The notes beneath the pieces are model-generated. The model did not search any database. It had not been told where the DNA came from and saw only the letters and a list, made by a program, of their open reading frames with translations. From Schmidtea polychroa (taxonomy: Eukaryota), in NCBI GenBank assembly GCA_044892525.1, contig CM097887.1, positions 17,670,001-17,734,000 of the forward strand: DNA of 64,000 nt, given 5' to 3'. This document shows, one piece after another, positions 33,547 through 46,800 of the stretch; position 1 is the stretch's first letter; each line of letters starts with the position of its first letter. The position numbers and the translations under genes were made by a program.

Positions 33547-33996
33547 ATGTCAAACATTCGAGAAGCTGTGATCTCTCTGTTGATGAGCTTGATCATCAAC
33601 ACCTATTCAACCAAAGAAATTTTCCTTAGAATACTAATTCGCGATTCTAAAGTTCGTTACGAGAACCGGACTGACACATGCGTCTTCCATTGTCAAAAGG
33701 AATTAATGATCAAAGTTATTACAGACAAAGATTCCAATACTTCCACATTGTACGATACTGGAATCTACATGCCCAAATGCGAGATCATCAACAATTTCAG
33801 TAAAATCGCCAATAGTTTCATGGGAACATTCACTGCTAGAGCAAATAATTCTATGATCGGTTTCAATGTCGTTACCAATAAAAACTTTATGCAAATTAGT
33901 TTCATGCCTCTACATGTGATAACAGTATTCACCTTTAATTCATTTCTGCGTAGACTATTTTTAATAATCTTTCAAACAATATCCTCTTCTAATTGA
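33547..33996 (+). CDS. Hypothetical 149-aa ORF, possibly secreted; may partly be antisense LTR-relic sequence
   Basis: ATG start with a hydrophobic N-terminus; no recognisable domain. The - strand near 33880-33990 resembles LTR-family motifs. Confidence 0.25.
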   Translation: MSNIREAVISLLMSLIINTYSTKEIFLRILIRDSKVRYENRTDTCVFHCQKELMIKVITDKDSNTSTLYDTGIYMPKCEIINNFSKIANSFMGTFTARANNSMIGFNVVTNKNFMQISFMPLHVITVFTFNSFLRRLFLIIFQTISSSN

Positions 33997-34578
33997 TATA
34001 CATACAAATATTTTCTTTGATAAATCAGTTTCTCTCTAAATTCGATTTACCTATCTTAATTTGCTTCTTGTTTATTATTTTCATTCCCCTTTTATAGTAT
34101 AATAAGCTGTTTTCACTTCTATATTCAATAGTTTATTTTTGACAATCTCTTGTAACCTTCCATTTGTGGATTATTCTAAAGACAAAACTAATTAATTGTT
34201 TCACAATGCATCTTCCTTTGTTTTATCCCCTCCAATAATCATTACATTAGGATAATTGTATTTTATTTTCTCGTTTGTTCGTTTTCCTCATTGTTTACCA
34301 AATTAAAGTTTTACTAATAAATTAATTGTTTTCATTGGCATCGATGCATTGTTTCGACAAAACCGCTTATGTCATATTGTTCCCGGTTATCAACTCTGTC
34401 GGTGAACCATTTTTCAAAATCTAGATTTGATTTATAATCAATTCGCCGTTCCCATATTTTCTTTGCCCGTTTCGTGAATTTTTGCAATCAAATTTATCCA
34501 ACATTTTTTCCCGCATCGATTTCGTACTTGGTCAATTTTTCAGATTCCAGGTAAAAGTTATATTTCTTTCATTAAATT

Positions 34579-35567
34579 TGTTGGGTTTTAGGTAAGTTAA
34601 GTCGGTAACCTAACTCCTCGTGTCCTTTTAATCCAAACAATAACTACCCAACGTATATTTGATACACAAAAATATATTTCTCTCAACAATAAATAATCAA
34701 TAGTTCAAGTTTGACCGATTACCCGCTCGGTGTTGATGCTTTGACAAAAGATAAAATTCACCTTTTTATTACTTAGGTTCTCTTGACCAACGTTTCCCTT
34801 TTTCTAATTGATTCCTTTTCGTCTTTTCGTATTCCTATTCTATATTTCATTTTTCCCTAATCTTCTTAATCCGTCTTTATCTTGTCCTAACTAATCTTCT
34901 CGAATCCTAGCTGAGGCAAAAATGCCGATTATTTTGAATTTCGATACTAGACTAATACTAGAATATATATATACACTAGAATAATCACTTTGATTAATCA
35001 GTTTTTAACCTGGTTGCTCTAATTTGACAATGGTTTAACAACCGGCTCCTTGAACGTCATTTGGACCATCTCATGATTAATTGGTTCCCTTTGCTATTCC
35101 TTCATAATGGTCTTAACTTTGTTTGTCTCCATTAATCATGCTGTCATGGTAATGGTCTTCCGAGATTCTCATTTTGTTTACTTTGCTTGTTAATCGCGCT
35201 CTGGTTTTCTATTAGCCAATTAATTAATTAATTACCGATTTCCTGTTTTAACATATTCGATTGCTTCTCGACCCTTTCTAATACTTTTCTCATAAATCCC
35301 TAATCATCATCTTGTTGACCATCAGCTAATCTATACCTGTCCCGTTTTCCCAATTCAATTTCGATAACTTTACAATTATATTTATTTTTCTCGGATTTCC
35401 GGATTCTTGCCTTTCGCAACTGCCTTTGCCATTTTCTAATACTGCTTCCATCATACTTTCTTTTACTATCAATTCTGTGCATGATCACGCTTTTATTTGT
35501 CTTTTTCCATCACCTACTTTTTATTTAAATTTCAACCTAAATTTATTTTAATTTACTGACCTGAAAA
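34579..35567 (-). mobile_element. Solo LTR (copy C), older and more diverged member of the same family
   Basis: Ends match copy A in reverse (TGTTGGGTTTTAG...; GGTCAGTAAATTAAAAT); 4-bp TSD AATT. Confidence 0.8.
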
Positions 35568-36199
35568 AATTTGTAAATTACTTATTTTATTCAATAACAA
35601 GAACATTTTATTTAAAGGTTTCCTTGCAATGTTAATGACAAATGCCTTTTGATTATAAATTATTTTTAAGAATTTTAGATTTCAATATTTATTTTCAAGA
35701 AAATCAAAACAATTTTACAATATTAAATCTAATAACGAATAATAATAATAATATTAATAATAATAATAAATTTATCATTTCATTTATTTTCATTATAGAT
35801 CAATTTTTCCTTCCGTAACAAATTTTTTGCACAATTCGTAATTCTTTCGAATTTATATCGATAAAATTTAGATTTATATTGAAACGATTTGGAATTGTTT
35901 ATTTCACAAAAACTAAAAGTTGACTGTAAAATAAGATTATATTACACAATTAAATTCTGCTATTTTCTAATATTATTTAAACACAACATCCCACTTTTGA
36001 CAAGAATCATTTTCGGAATCTAATTGATTTTTTTCAGACTCGGTCTGGAATTGCACACACCCTTACTTTTTTATTTTTCTTCTTGGTTTTTATTTATGCA
36101 CTGATTGAAGTATCTATATTAATTCCCATTTCCTGCTTGGAGTCTGAAAACCTTATTACCTGCTTGGATTTCTTCTGATTATTATTTGACTAAACACCT

Positions 36200-37667
36200 G
36201 AAAAAAAGTGTAAACATCCTTGTTAATTCGTTCAATTATACCACTTATATGATCCAGTTCTATTTCGACCTTTAAACAACTTCCGTTCATTGCCAGCCAA
36301 ACTGTCTGATTGAAATTTTTCTTTTTTCATCTGATGCAACAAGTTCATTAGTAACTTATATATCCATTTCTGCTAACTCATCTTTGTGTACAATAAACAT
36401 TTCTGATTTAACTCGAAATTCAATTTGATAACGCGCACAAAATACTAAATGCCGGTAACAAAATTTTTCCTCTTTTGTCCTCTTAAATTTAGAATTTTTT
36501 TAAATAAATCTACTCTCAGTTTAGTTTTAAACTCTCTAACGAATAAATTACTTGGCTTAATTCAAAAATGGAGAAGATTTTTGTTTCTTTATTCTTATAT
36601 AACCCAAAAAATGTACTTCTAGTTTATTTATAATCATCCTATGCATAACCTGGTAACGATATAGGCTCCATTCTAGCGTTTTCTTTCAAATATTTTAAGA
36701 AAATTTTAATTTTCCCCTCATCGCTTTCTTTAATTATCCTTTGGATATCTGTAATATGCTTCCTCTCATCGTCTGCAGTGTAAAATAGCTTCTTTTCTTC
36801 TAATAATTTAATTATTTCTTGAATAAAATGATCAAATCCTATATGTGATTCAATTTTTTTACAAAAACTAAAAGTAAACTTTAAAATAATATATTATATT
36901 ACACAATTAAATTCTGCCGTTTTCTAATATTATTTAAACACAATATTTATATTGATAAAAATTGAATTAATATTGATAAAAATTGAATTAAATTTATAAA
37001 AATTGAATTAATATTGATAAAAATTGAATAATTATTGATAAATTTTGATTTCTATTGATTAAATTTATGATTTAGAGACATAATTTGGATTTATATACAC
37101 AAAATACCCGCTAAGAAATTGGCATATAAACTTATTTCTAATAATATGGAATGGCACGAGAAATTCGTTATAAAAATAATCTCAAAAATCCAAAACTAAA
37201 AATCGTTACACTTTGTTCACAAGAAAATAGAATAAATGAAAAGCGCAGTTATGAATATTTTGAAGCAAACACCAATTATATAAACACAGCCAACCCCGAA
37301 CCAAAAAAAGTAAAGTTCAAATGTATGACATTAGGGTATAAGGATAGCCGCCGAGCATGCAAATAAGATGACACGACAAATAATTACAATTTACCTCTAA
37401 ACCATTATATATCAACCTGTAACAAAAACATAAATACAAAAAAGCATTAAATATGAAGCAATAAAAATTAAAAAATTACCTCCAATTGTTCCTTTATATC
37501 TAGAAGACTGAGATTTTCAACTTCGATTTTTTTGAGACATTCGAAAAGATAATCATATCTTTCTTGGCTGTTCATGTCATTGGTCAATGCTGATGGAGGT
37601 TGTTTGAGTATACGCTCAACTTCCAGGATAAGTTTGCCATTAAGTTCATTCAATTTATCTATTCGAG
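36200..37667 (-). pseudogene. Spliced, probably decayed gene with helical (death-fold-like?) exons
   Basis: Exon 37480-37667 RIDKLNELNGKLILEVERILKQPPSALTNDMNSQERYDYLFECLKK; exon ~36649-36838 GFDHFIQEIIKLLEEKKLF...IKIFLKYLKEN; the downstream exon has stops and phases are not fully compatible. Confidence 0.3.
36951..37050. repeat. 21-bp minisatellite (ATTGATAAAAATTGAATTAAT) x ~5
   Basis: Direct tandem copies visible. Confidence 0.8.
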
Positions 37668-38528
37668 CTGTAGAATAACACTACCATAATTCTTTACCAA
37701 TATTTGTTTTTCATATATGTTCAAGTAATATTTACTACACCTAATTCCAGATGTTAAAAGTCTCTATACACCAAACACCACTGAGATACATTCTCTATTC
37801 ACTCACCAATTCACTCACCAATTTACCAATTAATCATCTTCATCAATTTATACTGAATTGCTTACAATAATGAATATTTTTTGGAAATTTATTTTAGCCA
37901 TTTTAGAAATGGCTTTCAGGTAAGTCTTTCATTTTGATCCATATAGATATGAGATCATTATTCAAGTTCTTAAATTTTACTTTTAGTCAACATTATAATT
38001 ATACATTTTTAATTAATTTTCAGGGATTTTCGATATTTTATGACAAGTATTTTGGAATATTTTCGAAAAAATGTGAGTCAGATATGTTTTTAATTATAAT
38101 TAAATAAATGAATTACCAAAAATATTAATTTTTCTAAAACATTTTGGGAAAAATCCCCGAATAATAAAAATAAAATAATTTTTGTAATTTTTTTTTCTGA
38201 GCTCAATATGAGGAGCTTCTTTCAGGAAAGCAAATATGGATTGAAAAGACATTGAACAAAATTCATCTGCTCTTGAAATTTCATTAAAAATATATTTTTA
38301 AAAATTTTCAGCGATCTTTTTTTATCCAAAAATTGTCTAAAATAGAATTATTATAGAAATGTATCTCAGCGGTGCATTTCGATGAATCAAAAGTTTGTAT
38401 GTGTTTTAGTATGTATTGTGTTTATGTGCAGTTTTTTAATTTTTCTTCCACTTTTCAGATTTCTATAGTATAAGATGTATCTGATTGCAATCTAAATGAG
38501 AAAATCAACGTGAAATCAGAGTAAGTAT

Positions 38529-39588
38529 TGTTGAGGTCCGAAAATTAAAATAAAATTTAAATGAAATTTAGGTTAATAATTTAAATAAAAAGTAAGTGAA
38601 GAAAAAAGAAATAAAAGCGGGATCATGCACAGAATCAATAGTAAAGGAAAGTGTGATGGAAACAGTATTAGAAAATGCCAAAAGCAATTACGAAAGGCAA
38701 GAAACCGGAAATCCGAGAAAAATCAATAAATGGTAAAATCATCGAAATCTAATGGGGAAAACGGGACAGGTATAGAGTAGCTAATGGTCAACAAGATGAT
38801 GTTTAAGGATTTATCAGAAAATGATTAGGAAGGGTCGAAAAGCATTCAAATGGATGAAAACAGAAAACGTTAATTAATTAATTAATTGGCTAATGGAAAA
38901 CCCGAGCTAATGGGAAACCCGAGCCAATGAAGAACCCGAGAGATGAAGGAAACCCGAGCTGGGTAAACAAGAAGAAAAGCAAACAGAAGGAAGATTTGGG
39001 CCCATTAGCTTGACACAATGATTAATTGGAAAAGAGCAAGGAGAAGATAGTGCGTGTAGAAAGGCCGGAAGGGCCATTAATTATCTGGATTCGTTGGACC
39101 ATTATGGGTGACAGCCGAAGCAGATACGTGGAAGCAAATGTCAAGTGAAAGATTGGCTCGGCAATAACCATTTGTCATCCCGATTTCGAGGAGTATATAA
39201 GGAAAGGGAAAATCAGAAAAAATCGGCATTTTGCCTCAGCTAGGGTTAGAAGAAACTGAGTTAAGACTGGGTAAAACGAATTAAGGAGATTAGGGTAAAG
39301 AAGAAATAGAATAGGAATATGAAAAGGTGAAAAAGAATCAAATCAAACAGAAACAGAGGAAAACGTGGGTCAAGAGAGTCTAGCGGAATAAAAAGTGAAT
39401 ATTATCTATTTGCAAAGCATCAACGCCGAGCGGAGAATCGGTCAAACGTAACTTTGATTATTAATTGTAAAGTGGTGAGAAAAGATTGTAAATTTTATTA
39501 TTTCAATATAAGTTGGGTCGTTATTGCTTTGATTTAAAGGACACGAGGAGTCAGAGGGAACCGACTTAAAGTAATTTAAAACCCAACA
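38529..39588 (+). mobile_element. Solo LTR (copy B), 1060 bp
   Basis: TGTTG...CAACA ends; TSD GTAT; inserted into a GTAAGTAT donor-like site. Confidence 0.85.
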
Positions 39589-40830
39589 GTATGTATGTTT
39601 CTATAATGTAAGATTATTGATTTTTTTGTTATATTATAGGAAACGGTTCTCAGTGGTGTTTGGTGTAATACATGTTGGTGTGTTCATCAGTTGATGACTC
39701 ACCATTTATGAGAATGTGAAGTTATTTACTTCATTTCATTTATTCAATTTTACAAGTAAGTTTTTTTTAATTTAAGTAACTTTTAAGGTTTGAATTTTGA
39801 TTTTATAAAATTATGAGATCACTATTCAAGCTTTTAAATGTTACTTGTAGTCAACATTTTGATTATAAATTATTTTTAATTAATTTTCAGGTTTTTTTAG
39901 GATTTTTATAACTATGAATTTATTTGGAATTATTTCGATAAAATGTAAGTTAAATTATTATTTTTAACTATGAATAAATAAAGAAATCCCCAAAAACATT
40001 TATTTTTTTAAGACATTTAAGAAAGAAGCGGAGTAGTTTTTTAAGCTTTTGTAATGTTCTTTCACCAGCTCATTTATATGGTAAATTTTGTCATTTTATG
40101 TAATTCTATGAAATTATTATTTTTTTATACAAGTTATAAAAATTTAAGATTTTCGAATTTTTTTCCAGAGAAATATCTAAAAATCTAAAGAAAAATAACT
40201 TCAAAAATATTTTATAAATAGATTTTACGATGTCTTGTCGTCCTTTTATCATATCTGAGTTTTTAAGAATGGAAAAAACCTAATGTAATTCAATATTTGA
40301 AAATTTAAATTTAATAATGTCCTTTATCGATTCGGTCTTTCTCAATGGTCAAGGTTCATTTATTATAAATATTGGTTAACATTAGTATTGTCATAGCGGT
40401 TTTTAAAATGCAAAATATTAACTAATATTTTAATGAATTCGCATTGTAAAAACTTTAAGTGATTGTTTTATGGATTTTAATTTTTTAAGCAAAGATACAG
40501 ATGCAAAATATAAGAAATTTAATTTTTTTCATTAAATAAGAGTTTTTATGATTATAAAATTTTATTTTAATCATTCGATATTTAAAAATTAAACTTTTGT
40601 TTTTAAAATTATTTTTTAAATATTTATTCTAATTTTTATATGTTGTAAGATTTTCATACTTGAGTTAATATTTTGAATGTATTTATGTTTGAAATTTTAT
40701 GTCTGTAAAAAATATGTTTAAAAATATAAATTTAATATCATAGGCAAAGATTTAGTGGGAATATTTTTTTTCATAAATTTATTAAATTGTTAATTTTAAA
40801 TATTAAATATAATAATAAAAATAAAATAAA

Positions 40831-40890
<60 letters not shown>

Positions 40891-40893
40891 TAC

Positions 40894-43800
40894 TTGTAAT
40901 AACTTGAGTTTTCTTAGTTTCTATATTCAATTTTCTTTCCAACTGATTTACAAAGTTTTCAGAATTCTGTAACATGTCGACTGTTTCAGAAAGTATTTCA
41001 CAATTTTCCTTCAATTGCCTTCGTAATTCTTCTATTGTTACAAGCAACTTTTCGATCTATAAATAAATATATCTATGACAGCAGTGAAACTTCGATTTCA
41101 TTTACTTCTGCCGCTAAATCAAAATTATCTTCAGCTAAAAGGCAGGCAAATTTTTTCAGGCTTTCAATAGACGTTTCACTGTCAATTGCTGATTTCACTT
41201 CTTCGGGAGAAACAAGCTTACCGGCTGACTGTAACAATGATCTGTCGGTATTACTAATTTGTGTCTTGGATTTATGATTGCTACGACTTATCTTGATTTC
41301 GGAAATTTCTTGATTCATCTATATTTTGCTATGGATAATGGTAAAATAATCAAATTGTTGCTACCTTCGTTGTGGCATTTATGATGTCTTTTGATATTTG
41401 AACGAGTTCTTCGGCATTGTTGTCAGTATTCCTGAATGGCTTGACACTTTCTGTTATCTGATTTATATTCTTTGAAATATTTGTCATGTCATTCAAAAGT
41501 CGCTTATTAACATCGTCCCATTTCATTGATTTTCGATCAATCTGATTATTGGTAATTATTTAACAAAAAAATTCAAATAACTATTAGAGCATAAGATTGT
41601 AAAATCATGGAGAATTCAGGATTTGAAATTATAATATTTTTGAAAAAGTATTCGATAAATAATGTCTTCAGATTCTTATAAAATTTATCTGAACATTTAC
41701 TAATGTAAGTGCAGGCTAATTGATAATTTTTGAGAAATGCCCCTAATAGACTGAATTGCTTTGAAAAAAATACAGTAGATTAGAATGGGAGACGAAAAAC
41801 TATAAATTATAAAATGTACCTATTGTTATTTACAAAATCATTGTTAACTTTCATAGACAAAGAAAATAATCGCATTTTAAATGCCAGCACAACTTAAGAC
41901 ACTTACGAAAGACTACTTTCAGAACTGTTTCAGAAAGTGGCAAGAAGAACGGGATAAATGTGTTTTAAGCGAAAGGAAATACTTTAAGGGAGACTGCTAG
42001 TAATGTATTTGCAACTATACTAAAGTTTTGTCTATTGAAATATTCACTGTATCTTTTGATAATACCTCATATTAACGTGCTATTTCATATCGATTGTCAT
42101 CTATCACAAATGTGAAAGTCGCTTCAGTGCTTAGAAACAGAATTCTACAGATCTCACTTAAAAATACATAAAGAAATGATTGAGAAAATATATTATTATT
42201 CTGTTGGGCAAATCAATGTGATGAATCAAAATTTCATTTGGGTAGTATGGCTATGAGACAAAATTGTCATAGGTGTTGTGCAATAGCCCTATTGAAATCA
42301 TAGTTTTTGGCCTTTATTTATTGATAAAGTTATTTAATTTAGAAACGGTAATAATTATTTACCGTATTTCCCCTACTACAACCCATTCCATATCAATATC
42401 CTATAATATATGCTTTTTNNNNNNNNNNNNNNNNNNNNNNNNNNNNNNNNNNNNNNNNNNNNNNNNNNNNNNNNNNNNNNNNNNNNNNNNNNNNNNNNNN
42501 NNNNNNNNNNNNNNNNNNNNNNNNNNNNNNNNNNNNNNNNNNNNNNNNNNNNNNNNNNNNNNTTAAATTCCAGTTTTGCGAATGTTATGGTTTACAAGTT
42601 ACACAAAATTCAAAGATGTTGAGGTCATTAGGTCTTTTATTGTCACAGAAATTCAGATAAAGCAGATTGGACCAGACTTTGAAATTTTCAGAAGTTACCG
42701 CATTACAAGGTTTCAAAGTTCCTTGATACGTCGGTTTCAATAAGTTCCAAGTATGGTCTTTCTGGTTCCAACTTTAAATTCTTATTTGATTACCAGAGGA
42801 TTTGGAATATGCTGGTTATTTATGATTCTCGTTTTATTCATTCTGCTTGTTACTGTATCAACTTATCAATGCGTTTTGGAAATCAAGTCAAATCAATGAA
42901 AAAATTCGGTGTAACTGAAAATCCAATTCGAAATCGAAGAAAATTCATGGAAAACAAATGGAAAAAAATTTCGATATATTAATGACTGTGCCGGTTATTT
43001 TGTAAATAAAATTAAAAGAAATTGGTATATAAATTTAATTAAAAAACATTTAAAATATTAGAATAATATAAAATTTGGATTTTGATTTGTCAAGTTATTA
43101 AAAATTAATTTTAAATTATACTTTCTAAATAAAATATTAATGCCAAATCTTTGGAGCAAGACTGCTATAATTCGCAATCAACATATATTTGAAATTTGGA
43201 CGAACTTGCATTCAATTTTACTCACCAGTCATAAGTTGCAACTGTGCTTCCATTAACCAGTATATCTACGACGAAACTGATGTTAAAACAATTCACAATA
43301 AACCACTTTCAAGAGTAAAATATTCACTTCTCTGCTTGGAACAATATCACCATAGGATAAGCAATAAACTTGAAATTAATAATCATCAGTAACAAAATAT
43401 GTAAATAAACAAATCCAAATGATAAATTTAAATTATTCATATTATAATAAATATATAAAAGTATATATGAATAAAATATAAAATAATATATATAAAATAA
43501 AAATTACTAATATAAAAATATTTTTTGTTATTTTCCTACCACCAAAATAGATAAATTAATAAATCAATACTAACATTTTGTACCGAACCGTCAATTGTAG
43601 ACCCTTTAAGAAGGGGTATTTTCGATTGTTTTGATTTGTCGAAACTGTAATCCAAAGTCGTTGATTGACCTCTATCCGAACCAGATTTTAGAATTTCTTT
43701 TAAGTGATCATTTTCTCTTGTTAGTTGTTCCACCGTCGATTTGCTTGTCAGTAATTGTTGGTGAGTACTTTCCAGTTGCATATCGTGACCCTTCAACACC

Positions 43801-46800
43801 AATGGACTACTCGTTTTACCGATACCCATCGTCAAATCGATCAATTGATCCGATAGCATTTTTTTCTCTTCAATTAGCGTTTCGATCAACTTACTATTGT
43901 CTTGTTTATCTGTCGCTTGGAATTCCGATTGACATAACTCGAGTTTTCTCGTCAATTCTTTCACTTTTTCCGTTAGCTCTTCCGTATGATTTTCAACAAC
44001 TCTCATTTCATTAATCCACTTTTCAAATAGTTTCTCGAAAGTGAAATCATTTTTCGGATCGACAATTCTATCAATTAGTTCTTTTTCTTTCTTTGAAATA
44101 TGAGGATCGAATTCGAATTTTTTCTGTAGAGAATCGATAAATTTTGCTTTCGAAGTAAGTGAGGTGGTTATTTGATTAAGGAAATTGGTGTTTAGTGGAT
44201 ATCTCGTCGGATTGGTGATTGCGTTGATTGCGTAAGTTTGGAAAAGGTTTTTTTCGTTTAAATAATCGATTTCTGCAGCGTATATTCTAATGCGGTCGTT
44301 GGGAACGATCGAACTATCTAAATTGTCGAAATCAATGTTGTTTAGTTGATGGAGTTCTTTCTCAAATTGTCCGATAGATGCATAACTGATTTTATTTTCA
44401 AGGTTCTCGATCGATTGAGTTTTACTCTCTAGCAAACCGGAACCTTGGGAGATATTCTGTTGGTATTGCTGTCCGGAATTCATGTGGGCGTTCGAATATT
44501 CAACGAGAGATGGATTTAAATTTGGGACTCCCGCGTTGAGAGCTATTTCATTTTCAATTGTTTCCAGTGTATAGTGTTCTTCAGAGGACTGGGGGAAATT
44601 TATAGATCGGGTATCGTTTCTTTGAGAAGACCGAGTCGCTTTAATTGATGTCTTCAGAAATAGGTCTTTCTTGGGCTGTTCAGTCGATCCATCTGCTGAG
44701 TATTGAATCGATTCCCTTGATCGATATTCGAGTGCTTCCTGTTCCATTATAAATTCCTTTGAAAGCCCCGATTTCAATGTGGCATCAATTACATGAGCTG
44801 TTGCAGAATGATCGTTGGGAAAATCTTGAAGTAGATTTGCAAATTCAGCTGAATTTGTTAAAGTATTTATGGCTGAAATTAGATCTTTTGGAGTTTTTTC
44901 TTCGATTAATTTCTTTTCCAAGGACAATTGATTAGCTTTTTGGGCTTCGCCAACAATATTAGGATCACAGACGTCTTGAGTAAGCCATACATTTTGATAT
45001 TGCTGATTTACATAAGTTGGGGTGACTTTATGGCTCAGATCATCGGTGATTGGTGTGATATTCTGTAAATTGGTATGTGTCAATTTCAGAGCTGATAAAT
45101 GCAGCTGTTGAGTAGTTACCAAATCGACAAATTTAGTCAAATCCTCTGTTGTTAACCTCTGTTCGTTTATCGATTGAACATCATCATGCAACTCAGGAAC
45201 ATTATAAGCAATTGATGATTTTAATAGTTGGCAGTTTTGAATCAGTTTCTGTCGGGATTTTTCATATAGTTCACTGAAAACGTCTAAATTTTGAATATGA
45301 ACCGGATCTTGAAGGATGTCTAAGTTGATTTTCATTGAAGCCAAATAGAACTGTTCTAATTCATTGTATTTTTGCATCATTCGTTGAAGATAAACATCAA
45401 ATGATTCTTTCGTGTCGTCAAAATCGATTGGCACATTGCAATTTCTAAGTATATCGATAACATGTTGAAAATTCGGTTGGTGGAAATGTTGAACCGTTTC
45501 TTCATTGGTGACAGTTTGAACATCTATCGGAACATTGTCAGTTAACATTCCACCAGTAGTTGGTCGCATAGAATCGAGATCGACAACAATCACATCGACT
45601 TCGTCGATTTTTTCCTCGATCTGTTGGAAATCAATATCAATTTTCGGATTCACAGTTGACACATCGGGAGAAGCGGATTTCCCAACAGTTTCATTGCTGA
45701 ATTTTTGAATTTTTTTCATTGATTCTCCTCTTTCACTGGCAAGGTTTATAATTCCTTCGGACATCTCGATGCTCGTTACGAGAGTGTTGTATTCGTCGAT
45801 TGCTTTTTGTAGTTCCAGAACTCCAGATCCGACATTTTCCGGATGATCGGTATGAGTTACTGATTTCCAAGCCACAGATTTGCTGGTGGAATATGTCAAA
45901 TCGTTTTCGGGATTTTCTTCCGGTGGGATTTTAGTGAAAGATTCCCTTTCATTGTATGGTCGGAAATCAGATATCGGACTCGGTGAATCGACCAGATAAT
46001 CTGTGGGAATCAATTCGGCTTGGTTTTTATCCTTTTGAGTCTGTGTTTCACTCGATTGGATGTTGGGATCTAATTTCCTATGCAAATATTCCAATTCTTC
46101 GTTGAGTTTTTCGTTCATTTGTTTCATTTCGAAAAATTCTTTCGTTGAAATCGAAGATTTCGGTTTTGGTTCCGTTTGAAGTTTATTGATTATCTCATAA
46201 TTCATTTCCAGTTCTTTGCCGTATTGATTTAACAATTCGTTTTTGCTATTGATTATTTGATCATTTTCGGATATAACGCGAGTTAATTTTTCCATTTCAC
46301 AGCATAATTTTGAGTTTTCCTGTTTCAATTCTTCGATTGCGTCATAATTCATCGATAGTTCTTTTTTGAAATCATCGATTATATTGTTTCTCTGTTCGAG
46401 TTGTTCGGTCAAATATTCCACGTGATTTGACAGTTCAATCGATTCCCGTTCCTTTTCAACTCCATTTTCAACCGACATTATTAATTCGCTGTTTTTCTCT
46501 TTGAGGAATTGATTCAAACATTCGTTCTGCTCTGTCAGTTGGCAGAGTTTCAATTGGTTCAACTCTAACTCGGAATTCAATTGATGATTTTCTGTGGTGA
46601 TTTGTTCTATGAGATCATTTTTGTCAAACAGCTGCCCAGAAAGTTTATCGATATTAGCACATTGTTGATCGTATTCCTGTTTCAATTGTTCGGTTTTTAT
46701 TAATAAACATTCTTGTTCGTTTTTCAATTCGTTAAAATTCAAGTTCTGCTTATGGTATTTGTTCTGTAATTCCAATAGATCGCATTCGTAGGCCTGATTC

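Noticed and set aside
36951-37050. CRISPR-like array
   Set aside because: Contiguous tandem units without spacers, in a eukaryotic context with no cas genes.
19880-39588. A single 19.7-kb LTR element bounded by copies A and B
   Set aside because: Each copy has its own GTAT on both sides, with no PBS after A and no PPT before B.
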